This document shows, in pieces, positions 19,040 to 27,264 of a stretch of 64,000 nucleotides of DNA; the stretch's first letter is position 1, and each line of letters begins with the position of its first letter. A model generated the notes under the pieces. It was not told the DNA's origin, made no database searches, and was given only the letters and a program-made list of their open reading frames with translations. The position numbers were made by a program, and so were the translations under genes. The DNA comes from Candidatus Latescibacterota bacterium (lineage in GTDB: Bacteria; Latescibacterota; UBA2968; UBA8231). The stretch is taken from contig OZ220089.1 of the NCBI GenBank assembly GCA_964291625.2, positions 3,904,001 through 3,968,000 on the forward strand. Reading direction: 5' to 3'.

Positions 19040-20704
19040 ATGCCAACCCGTCTCCACGGCCTCCTCGCATTGTGGTGCCTTGCCTTGGCGGGCAGGGTGG
19101 GGGCTCTGCCGCCGTGCGGGGAGCCGGGTACGATCAGCACCGTGACCGCTCCCGACGGCGGCGACTACATCGCCGCCTTCAGTGACTACAAGGTCTATCC
19201 TCCGGTAGAGGGGGGCTTCGGAGGTGCAGATGGCCCGGTCGACCTGGTCGCGGCGCCGGAGTACCACAGTCACCATCCGCGGCACTTGGCCGTCGGTCCC
19301 CGGGGCCGCGTCCATGTCGCCGACTGGACGATCATCTACCGCCTCGAAGCCGATGGCAGCGCCACCCGTCTCGTCGGCGTACCGCAGTATCGTGACATCG
19401 GAACCGGTATCGGCAACGGCAAATACGAGCGGCCACCCTTGTTGCAGGAATTCAATGTCCTTGAAGACACCGTGGCGGCCCAGGTCGCCCGGATTGCGCC
19501 GGGTGCGATGGCCTTCGACCGGCAGGGGCGCCTCTACTTCGTCGACTATGTCGATGCGTGGCAGATCTTCTTGCACAGGAGGGACTACTCGAAGATAGTG
19601 GCGCGCATCGCTCGCGTGGAGCCCGATGGGCGGGTGGTCACCTTCGCCGGCCCGGCGGCATTCGGTTACGTAGGTTCGCTGGTCTTCGATGTCCAGGGGG
19701 CTCTGCTGTTGTCGGGCTATGGAGGGATCTGGCGCATCGACGACCAGGGAGGTGTCTCCGGCCCCATGGGGCCACCTGGGCGAGGATCCCTGCAGATGGA
19801 TGACCAGGGGAGACTGTACTTCAGGACGCGTATCCAGGTCTTCCGCTGCCATGCCGACGGCACGATCGAGCACGTAGCGGGGTCGGCTTGGGAGGACGAA
19901 AAGGCCATGCGCGAGGCGGCGCTGGAAGGGGAGTGGTCGGAGGAGCGCCCGGGCGGGTACTATGTCGCCAATGGCGGGCCGGCGACCGAGGCTCCGATTC
20001 ACTATGTCTCCGGGCTGGCTCTCGACTCGGACGGGTCGCTGTATGTGGCCAATGCCTACTTCCACCGCATCCATCGGGTCCGTCCCGACGGCATCCTCGA
20101 GACCGTCGCCGGCAACGGCCGGGACTTCATGAGCTCACCCGGTTGTGGGGCGCGCGAAAAGCGAGTGGCCGGGGGCATACCCATTCCCCGATGCCTGGAC
20201 CATATCGGCGACGGCGGGCCGGCGGTGGAGGCCCCGGTCTGGGATCCACTTCTGCTGCAGATGACGCCGGACGGCGATCTCCTGGTGGCGATGGGGAAGG
20301 GAGGATTCATGTGGCTCGGGGGCGACATCTCCCACCTGCGCCGCATCTGCCGGGTCCGCGAGTGGATGACGGCCACGGCGGTGGAGGCGGTCGAGGAGCA
20401 GGTGCCTGCGAGTGGCGCCGAAGGAGCGCTACCCTCCGTGCGGCTGTACCCGAATCCCTCCAACGCCGCCGTCACGATCGCCTTCGAGTTGGACCGCACG
20501 GCGTCCGTATCGGTGCGGGTCTACGACGAGCTGGGGCAGCGGGTGCGGGTGCTGGCCGCGGAGGCCCGGCGCCCGGCGGGCTCCTACCAGTTCGTCTGGG
20601 ACGGGCTCGACCAGGCGGGGCGGTCGCAAGCCTCGGGCACCTACTTTCTGGTGGTCTCGGTCGATGGGACTACGGAGAGCCACAAGCTGACCCTGCTGCA
20701 CTGA
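19040..20704 (+). CDS. secreted NHL-repeat protein with FlgD-Ig/T9SS-like CTD, copy 4 (near-identical to copy 1)
   Basis: Mature sequence almost the same as copy 1; signal peptide like copy 2. Confidence 0.88.
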   Translation: MPTRLHGLLALWCLALAGRVGALPPCGEPGTISTVTAPDGGDYIAAFSDYKVYPPVEGGFGGADGPVDLVAAPEYHSHHPRHLAVGPRGRVHVADWTIIYRLEADGSATRLVGVPQYRDIGTGIGNGKYERPPLLQEFNVLEDTVAAQVARIAPGAMAFDRQGRLYFVDYVDAWQIFLHRRDYSKIVARIARVEPDGRVVTFAGPAAFGYVGSLVFDVQGALLLSGYGGIWRIDDQGGVSGPMGPPGRGSLQMDDQGRLYFRTRIQVFRCHADGTIEHVAGSAWEDEKAMREAALEGEWSEERPGGYYVANGGPATEAPIHYVSGLALDSDGSLYVANAYFHRIHRVRPDGILETVAGNGRDFMSSPGCGAREKRVAGGIPIPRCLDHIGDGGPAVEAPVWDPLLLQMTPDGDLLVAMGKGGFMWLGGDISHLRRICRVREWMTATAVEAVEEQVPASGAEGALPSVRLYPNPSNAAVTIAFELDRTASVSVRVYDELGQRVRVLAAEARRPAGSYQFVWDGLDQAGRSQASGTYFLVVSVDGTTESHKLTLLH

Positions 20705-20817
20705 GCGACGAACGAGGACCCCCTTGCCCTGGCCAGCCCCGCGGATGGCCCTGCGGCCGGGCGCATCGTAAGCCCCGCGTCGGAGGGGTGGAGGGCTCCT
20801 GACGGCCGGTCCGGCGG

Positions 20818-21552
20818 CTACTGGCCGGAGAAGTCGCGCGCCACTTGGCCGTAGCCCTCGGTGTAGTCCATCTCCAGGTACCAGGCGCCGTGGATGGAGA
20901 GGGGGGCGAAGTCGGAGAGGTCGAAGACGGGGGAGGGGTTGAACTGGACGACGCCGTCGCCGGCGCGGCACAGGTGGACCTCCCGGTCGGTGCTGACCTC
21001 GTCGGTGTCGATGACCTGCATCACCTCGGGGCCGCGGCCGTCGGCCCGGGGGATCACCTTGAGGCGCCAGTTGGGGCTGGTGGGGGGCACGTCCTCGGGG
21101 CGGGCCTCCCGGTGCATGGTGGAGCGCACGCTCATGACGGAGCTGCCGCCCGCCACCGTGTCGGTGCACATGACGCGCTCGTCCATGGAGACCGTGATCC
21201 CGGCGTGGACCTTCGGGGTCCCGTAGATCTCGCGGCCGGCGGAGATGCTGGAGCGGGAGTTGAGAAAGGCCACGGCGCAGAAGTGGCCGGAGCGGCCCTC
21301 GAAGGTGCAGGGCACGGAGAGGGCGCTCTCCTCGAAGGCGCCGTAGCTGGAGCTCCAGGGCACGGCCAGGCCCATGGCCACGCACAGGCCGTCCTCCGGG
21401 GTGAAGCACTCGGGCAGGACCCGGTCGACGGCCGCCGGATCGGCGCGGAAGAAGACGAGCTGGAACCGGGCCCGGCGGTAGCGGCAGGGCGGCATGGGGT
21501 AGGAGAAGGAGAAGGCCGGCATGCCGGTGATCTCGCGCAGGGGGATCGCCAT
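20818..21552 (-). CDS. acetoacetate decarboxylase family protein
   Basis: AGREIYGTPK Schiff-base lysine motif and LKVIPRADG. Confidence 0.88.
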   Translation of the reverse strand: MAIPLREITGMPAFSFSYPMPPCRYRRARFQLVFFRADPAAVDRVLPECFTPEDGLCVAMGLAVPWSSSYGAFEESALSVPCTFEGRSGHFCAVAFLNSRSSISAGREIYGTPKVHAGITVSMDERVMCTDTVAGGSSVMSVRSTMHREARPEDVPPTSPNWRLKVIPRADGRGPEVMQVIDTDEVSTDREVHLCRAGDGVVQFNPSPVFDLSDFAPLSIHGAWYLEMDYTEGYGQVARDFSGQ

Positions 21553-21654
21553 GGGGTTTCCTCGAGGAGAAGAGGATCGCAGAGAGCCTGGAATTCATCA
21601 GGCGGGGAGGAGGCGGTCAAGCGGCATGCGGTGCGCGCACGGGCACCCGCTCCG

Positions 21655-21683
21655 TTGGCCGCGGTACGGAGGCCCTCTATACT
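21655..21683 (+). promoter_or_regulatory. possible sigma70-type promoter for the 21820 gene
   Basis: TTGGCC, 17 bp, TATACT. Confidence 0.45.
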
Positions 21684-21819
21684 CCGCCCGACCCGCGACG
21701 CCAACCCCCCATAGCTCCCTTGGCCGCGGCGATCTCCGGCCCTTCCCGGTCCTGACTCTCGAGCAGCGGATGCGCTTCGAGCTCTTCGGGTACACCGTCT
21801 GAGCAAAGAGGAGTAACCG

Positions 21820-23334
21820 ATGAACACCGACCGAGGCAGCGGCGACGGCTTCCTGCTCATGGACCGGGTCGAGTCCACCCATCACGTGGACCGGACCGTC
21901 TGCGAGGCCGAGAAGCATCCACTCAACCCGGTCCTGCCCCTGGGGGACGTGCACGAGTGGGACTGCTCCCACTGCGGGCCCTGGTCCTCGCCCACGGTGC
22001 TCTACGACGAGGAGGACGGGCTCTTCAAGGCGTGGTACGCCGGCTCGGACATCACCACCCGGCGCTGGTGGGCCATGGGCTACGCCGAGAGCGAGGACGG
22101 CGTCAACTGGAACAAGCCCGTCCTCGGCCTGCACGAGTACAACGGCAGCAAGCGGAACAACATCGTCCTCGACGGGCGGGGTCCGATCATCAAGGACGAT
22201 TCCGAGCCGGACCCGGCAAAGCGCTTCAAGGGGATCAAGCGGCCTTTCTCCAAGCCGATGCCCGTGGGCCAGCGCGACCCCGAGTACATCGCCATCGGCG
22301 CCCGGGCCAACTACTCGCCCGACGGCATCCACTGGACCGAGGGCCCGCGGATCGACCTGCCGGAATGGGTGAAGGACGGACCGCCCGACATCGGCGTCCT
22401 CGTGCGCGACGACCAGGACCCCGACCCCTCGCGGCGCTACAAGGCCGTCTTCCAGGAGGTGGTCCCCTTCGACAAGCCGGACATCAAGCGGCGGGCCAGG
22501 AAATACCACGGACTGGGGCGCGCCAAGATGCTGGCCTACGGCCCCGACATCGAGCACTTCCGCCGGGCCGGGGAGAACCCCCTGATCTCGCCGGCGGACG
22601 GCCTGGAGTACGAGGACCACCACATCATGATGTCGCCCTACGGTGGGGCGTGGATCATGGCCTACGAGTACGGCTGGTATGTGCCCAACCGCTACGGCCT
22701 CTACGGCATGTACGCCGCCGACATCCGCCTGGCCGTCAGCGGCGACGGCCTCCGCTTCGACCGCGTGAACCCGCACCAGAAGGTGATCGCCCGCGGCTCC
22801 CACAACGAGTGGGACGGCGGCCTCCTGGTGATCACCGACAAGCCGGCGGTCAAGGACGGGACGATCCACCTGTTCTACGGCGGCGCGGGCGAGGACTTCA
22901 CCAGTTGGCCGCCGGAGAACCAGAGCCCCGAGTTCCGCCACGAGTTGGGCAGCGGCGGCGCCCGGGTGATGCGCATGGGTCTGGCCACCCTGCGCGAGGA
23001 CGGCTTCACCTGCCTCGAGACCCCCGACCGCGAGACCCCGGGCCACGCCACCACCACGCCCCTGCAGCTCACCGACCGCTCCACCCGCCTCACGGTGAAC
23101 GTGGGCGACGTGCGCAACGACCGCAGCTGGGTGGAGGTGGAAGTCCTCGACGCCGACACCGGCGAGCCCCTCCCCGGGTACGGGTGCGAGGACTGCGGCG
23201 ACCTCTGCGTCGACGGACTGCGACGGCCGGCGGAGTGGGACGGGAGGGGTCTGGCCGATATCGGGCGGGACCGCTTCAGGCTGCGCTTCTGGTTGTACGG
23301 GGCGGCGCGTCTGTACGGGTACCGGTTCGTCTGA
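21820..23334 (+). CDS. five-bladed beta-propeller glycoside hydrolase-like protein (GH32/43/130 fold)
   Basis: KHPLNPV, FKAWY, YAESEDGVNWNKP, SPDGIHW, GLATLREDGF. Confidence 0.78.
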   Translation: MNTDRGSGDGFLLMDRVESTHHVDRTVCEAEKHPLNPVLPLGDVHEWDCSHCGPWSSPTVLYDEEDGLFKAWYAGSDITTRRWWAMGYAESEDGVNWNKPVLGLHEYNGSKRNNIVLDGRGPIIKDDSEPDPAKRFKGIKRPFSKPMPVGQRDPEYIAIGARANYSPDGIHWTEGPRIDLPEWVKDGPPDIGVLVRDDQDPDPSRRYKAVFQEVVPFDKPDIKRRARKYHGLGRAKMLAYGPDIEHFRRAGENPLISPADGLEYEDHHIMMSPYGGAWIMAYEYGWYVPNRYGLYGMYAADIRLAVSGDGLRFDRVNPHQKVIARGSHNEWDGGLLVITDKPAVKDGTIHLFYGGAGEDFTSWPPENQSPEFRHELGSGGARVMRMGLATLREDGFTCLETPDRETPGHATTTPLQLTDRSTRLTVNVGDVRNDRSWVEVEVLDADTGEPLPGYGCEDCGDLCVDGLRRPAEWDGRGLADIGRDRFRLRFWLYGAARLYGYRFV

Positions 23335-23340
23335 GGGGCG
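23316..23340 (+). repeat. 25-bp direct repeat, left copy (right copy at 27109-27133)
   Basis: CGGGTACCGGTTCGTCTGAGGGGCG vs CGGGTACCGGTTCGCCTGAGGGGCG; one mismatch. Confidence 0.85.
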
Positions 23341-23433
23341 CCCCCGCCGGGTTGACGGGAGTTCCCGCAACACGGGGATCTCGGATCCGGTCCGGGCGGC
23401 GCTGACGTGACCCTCTGACGCAGCTCGACTGAC

Positions 23434-24414
23434 CTATCTTCCCAGGCTGGCCTTGATCTGGCCCCAACTTCTGGAACTGACACCCGTGTCGGCGGCGTCG
23501 ACATCAATGGTCTTCCACATCGCGCCATCGAGCAGAATCCAGTCGCTGAGCAGGTTGCTGTCCACGTACCACCTGGCGGCTTCAGGGCCTCCCGAGGACC
23601 ACCTTGTGTTGTGACCATTGACGTCGGGGGCGTCAATATCACAGAAGGCGATGCCCATGCCGATGATCTGGCCGGGCGACAATGGAGCAACCACGCTGTG
23701 TTCTGGGCACTCGTGGACCAGTTCGTTGAAGTAGACGCTCCACCACTCGGAGGTCAGCTCAGCGTCAGTGCCATGTTCGCCCAGTATGTCGTAGGAATCG
23801 GGGCAGCAGGAATAGGGCTCTTTGTCGTGCCAGGTGGCCGCACTGGCCCACATCCAGTTCCATGACGCAGGGCCATCTCCAACAGGAGGCCATCTCCACA
23901 GGGACTGTTGAGCTCTTCTGCCGTTGTGCTTGATGCGTTCTGCCCGCCCCTCGGCGGTGTCAGGGAACTCGTCGCCCGAGTAGAACATGGGTCCACCGCT
24001 ATGGTCGGCATCCACATGGATTTCAATGGCATCGTCTCCTCCACAAATGCCGGGAGGCTCCGCCATATCGCGATCGAAGGAGTCGTCATAGCGCTCCTGG
24101 GCAAAGTAGAGGCGGTCGAACTGGTCATTCCAGGCTACGGCTACACGGATGCTAAGGTCCGAAGGATCGGAGTCGGTGCCGTCCAAACCCCGGTGACCGC
24201 CACCGGTGCCGTGAAACAGTGGGTTCCCGTCGTTGTCCAGGGTGTAGGGGGTGATCCACAGCCACTCGGGAATGATCTCCCATTCACTGATGTCGCCGTC
24301 CATGGTGGGCAACCAACCAGAAGGCCATTCCCAGACGCCGAAGACATTGCCTGCCGGGACATGGGCTTGTGAGGAGCTGAGGCTCAGAAGCAAGATGGAG
24401 ATGATCCTCTTCAT
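23434..24414 (-). CDS. secreted CBM9/DOMON-like hypothetical protein with C-terminal SWGQIK motif
   Basis: Signal peptide, MDGDISEW, DAIEIHVDAD, IGMGIAFCDID; ends TGVSSRSWGQIKASLGR. Confidence 0.75.
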   Translation of the reverse strand: MKRIISILLLSLSSSQAHVPAGNVFGVWEWPSGWLPTMDGDISEWEIIPEWLWITPYTLDNDGNPLFHGTGGGHRGLDGTDSDPSDLSIRVAVAWNDQFDRLYFAQERYDDSFDRDMAEPPGICGGDDAIEIHVDADHSGGPMFYSGDEFPDTAEGRAERIKHNGRRAQQSLWRWPPVGDGPASWNWMWASAATWHDKEPYSCCPDSYDILGEHGTDAELTSEWWSVYFNELVHECPEHSVVAPLSPGQIIGMGIAFCDIDAPDVNGHNTRWSSGGPEAARWYVDSNLLSDWILLDGAMWKTIDVDAADTGVSSRSWGQIKASLGR

Positions 24415-24460
24415 GGGGTTCCTCCAGTGCGACTGTTCGTGATGGGAAATCCGCGTTGGC

Positions 24461-26266
24461 TTACCGCAGCAAGAGCATGCGCCGATAGGCGCTCCAGGAT
24501 CCGGCTTCTATTCGGTAGAGGTAGACGCCGCTCGCGGCGGAGCGACCTTCCTGGTCGAGTCCGTCCCATGTGACAATACCTCTCTGGCCGGCACCGTGGA
24601 GGGCCAAGTCCCGCACGAGTTGCCCTCGCAGATTGTAGACCCCGAGGCGTACTTCGTCCCCAGCAGATCCAGTGGGCAGGATGAAGGAGACGACGGTCGA
24701 GGAGTTGAACGGATTCGGGGCATTCTGGTGTAGAATCAGCCGACCTGGCTGGATCTCGTAGGCATGGCCGTCCACTACGACGAGCAGCTCCTGGCCGAGC
24801 TCCATGAAGTCAGCCAGCAAGGCGGGCTGATGGAGGTGTCCCTCGTATATTTCGCGAGGCATTTCCGGCCGGTAGTCCACATCAACCCATATCCCATCCT
24901 CTTGGATGAAATCATGCCCGAGCCACTGGGCGATCCCAGTGTCCGCAATGCCGGTCGCCCCGTAGCCCCATCCTCCCCGTTCCCTTATCTCTGGATCCAC
25001 CTGCACGGTCTCGTCTGGAGCGAAGAGCGAGGTGTACCTCGTCACGAGGCGATACTCAACGGCAAGATCAACGATCTCCTGGATCAGATCGCCGGTACAG
25101 TTTTCCTCGGCAATGTCCTGGAGAGCCCTGATCTTGTGATAGGCCCATAGTCTCGGGATGAATCGAGTCAGGCCGCCTCGCCGGCCATCACTGTCTGCAG
25201 ACGTGGCCAACCTGGCATCGTAGGATACCGATACCTCTTCATCATTCAGGCGGCCCGAGGCCCATACGGAGACAGGTCCTCCTCTCCGATAGCGCCCTGC
25301 TCGGGAAACCCCTCGTGGGCCGCTGTAGGCGAAGCCCAGGACATGCTGATCAGAAGTGAGGTCGCCGAGTCCGCTGTCGTCGGTGGCGGTCATGCCGAAA
25401 TCCTCCAATACGAACTCATGGCCCTTTGAGTTGCGTACCAACCTTGGTGCCCACAGGAGGTAATACCCGATCTGGTAGGTGTCGGTGGCCTTGTGGTGGC
25501 CAGGCCCATAGGCCAACAGAACCGGCAACAGTGGATTGTCTGTGCGCTCCATGTTGATGTGAAAGTCTGTCGATGGGGAGTAGTTGACAGACTGGAAGAA
25601 CACCGCCGCATAGTGCGGGGCGCGCTGGTAGACCGCCGAGTCCGACATCCCTGTAGAGGTGGCTTTCATGGGATGCTGGCTCTGGACATGGGCTGAAAAC
25701 CTCAACCTCTTGATGCGACCGTCAGAGCGCCTCCGAGGATCTTCTGGCAGTATGGAGAAGGAGTACTCCATATGACCGTCCCCAGACTCAAGGACCTGAG
25801 CATACTCCATGGCCACTCGGCGGCTGCCCCTTCCAGGGAAGGGCCAGATTCTCATTGTGAAGTCGCTGTCGCCGATGTGCTCCACCAGGGCGGGGTCGAT
25901 CAGAACCGGGTCGGGGGTCCGGTCGATGACAGATTCGTACGTCGCGCGGGCCTCGGCCTTCTCCATGATGAGCCCCTGTACAGGCTCTCCCTCGATCCAG
26001 AGCCACAGGTCGGTAATGATGGCACCGGCCGGCAGGGTAAACTCGTAGACCGCCTCTTCCGCCCGATCCGAGTGGTTGGTGAAGACCTGGTCGACGTAGG
26101 TGACCGCTATGTGGTCCTCAATGGACACCCGTACCGTCGTGGAGGTGAGTTCCATGAATCCCCCCCGGATCCCCGCGTAGACTCGTCCGATGCCGGAGGA
26201 CGACGCGGGTACAAGCAGGATCAGGAGTATGGTCAAGAGTCCCGGAGCGACTCGACGTATGCCCAT
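24461..26266 (-). CDS. secreted VIT-domain protein with FlgD-Ig/T9SS-like CTD
   Basis: VIT (DQVFTN, EAVYEFTLP, EARATYE, DPALVE), RLWAYHKI, LVTRYTSL, and CTD NAPNPFN...SGVYLY...MLLLR. Confidence 0.85.
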   Translation of the reverse strand: MGIRRVAPGLLTILLILLVPASSSGIGRVYAGIRGGFMELTSTTVRVSIEDHIAVTYVDQVFTNHSDRAEEAVYEFTLPAGAIITDLWLWIEGEPVQGLIMEKAEARATYESVIDRTPDPVLIDPALVEHIGDSDFTMRIWPFPGRGSRRVAMEYAQVLESGDGHMEYSFSILPEDPRRRSDGRIKRLRFSAHVQSQHPMKATSTGMSDSAVYQRAPHYAAVFFQSVNYSPSTDFHINMERTDNPLLPVLLAYGPGHHKATDTYQIGYYLLWAPRLVRNSKGHEFVLEDFGMTATDDSGLGDLTSDQHVLGFAYSGPRGVSRAGRYRRGGPVSVWASGRLNDEEVSVSYDARLATSADSDGRRGGLTRFIPRLWAYHKIRALQDIAEENCTGDLIQEIVDLAVEYRLVTRYTSLFAPDETVQVDPEIRERGGWGYGATGIADTGIAQWLGHDFIQEDGIWVDVDYRPEMPREIYEGHLHQPALLADFMELGQELLVVVDGHAYEIQPGRLILHQNAPNPFNSSTVVSFILPTGSAGDEVRLGVYNLRGQLVRDLALHGAGQRGIVTWDGLDQEGRSAASGVYLYRIEAGSWSAYRRMLLLR

Positions 26267-26322
26267 GAGCGCGCCTCCTTGAGCAAGTGGGGCATGGACG
26301 GAGCCCAGCCTCCCGGACGGGG

Positions 26323-26346
26323 GAAGTGTACCCCGTCAACTGGACA
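26323..26346. mobile_element. possible orphan IS3-family terminal repeat remnant
   Basis: GAAGTGTACCCCGTCAACTGGACA resembles IS3-type ends as I recall them. No transposase nearby. Confidence 0.3.
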
Positions 26347-26916
26347 GGGATTGGGCTTGTACAAGCGAGAGTCTCGAGATGTGATAGAGCGGTCCTGCGC
26401 CCCGGCGCGCGGATCGAGGCCCGGCGTCCCGGACTTGCACCAGGCCGGGCCACGGGGGCCGTGAGGAGCCCCCCCACGCTCAGGCCGCCCGGTGGTAGAC
26501 ATCGCTGGGGGCTTCGCAAGACGCCGGCCCCCACCGACTGCCCCGACGCATCCGCGGCGCCCCACTCGGCGGTGTGAGATCCGGCCGGCCGCTCACCAGT
26601 ATGGCGGAAGTAACAGTATTGTGTGCGCATTCTGTTCCTCCCCAGGCAGTCGCGGAGACGGCCGCTTTGACCGTGCCGCATGTGGCGGGCCGGCCGATAC
26701 CTCCCTGGGAAGGGAATGCAAGAAGCGTGCCTTCAGGTTCTCACCGTGCATCATCTCTCGACCGGCCCCCGCGGCTGCTCAAATCGACAATCCTTCCAGT
26801 TTCCTGGACAACCAGTCCCTCGCAGGCCGGACTCGTCCGGTTTCCCGGACTGGAGTTACCCCGGTTTCGCGCACAGGTTCCCGTGTTGGGTCTTGTGTAT
26901 GTGAGCACCTGAGGAT

Positions 26917-27100
26917 CGCGACCAGCTCTCATCCTCGACGCCCTGGTCCTCTTCCGCCCGCTGGGGGCCGCCGACGAGTTGGCCGCGGAGGTGGCCCAGG
27001 GCGTCAACTGGGGCTGGCACTCCACCCGGACCACCGGGGCCGCCCTGCTCGCTCTGGGCAAGTACGACCGCGCCCGGCAGGGGCGGCGATCCCCGGCGCC
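26917..27100 (+). pseudogene. degenerate internal fragment of the alpha-2-macroglobulin gene
   Basis: Matches 32056-32240 (RDQALILDALVLF...WHSTQTTGAALLALGKY) with substitutions and indels. Confidence 0.9.
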
Positions 27101-27108
27101 CGCCTCTG

Positions 27109-27133
27109 CGGGTACCGGTTCGCCTGAGGGGCG
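27109..27133 (+). repeat. 25-bp direct repeat, right copy of the GH gene 3' end
   Basis: Matches 23316-23340 with one mismatch. Confidence 0.85.
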
Positions 27134-27264
27134 GGGGGAACGCCCGCGCCCCCTGGAGCCTCCTACCGTGCATCGGACCGCCGCAACACCGTCATTACGG
27201 GGCCGGACGGGCATCCTGCCTTGATCGCGCCGCCCATCCGCAGGCCCTGACGGAAGGAGAAGTC

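Noticed and set aside
14068-20704. Diversity-generating retroelement acting on the NHL array
   Set aside because: No reverse transcriptase in the window, and copy 1/4 differences are scattered and not adenine-specific.
21719-21802. Possible stub ORF ending MRFELFGYTV upstream of the GH gene
   Set aside because: Resemblance to the GH C-terminus is too weak to support.
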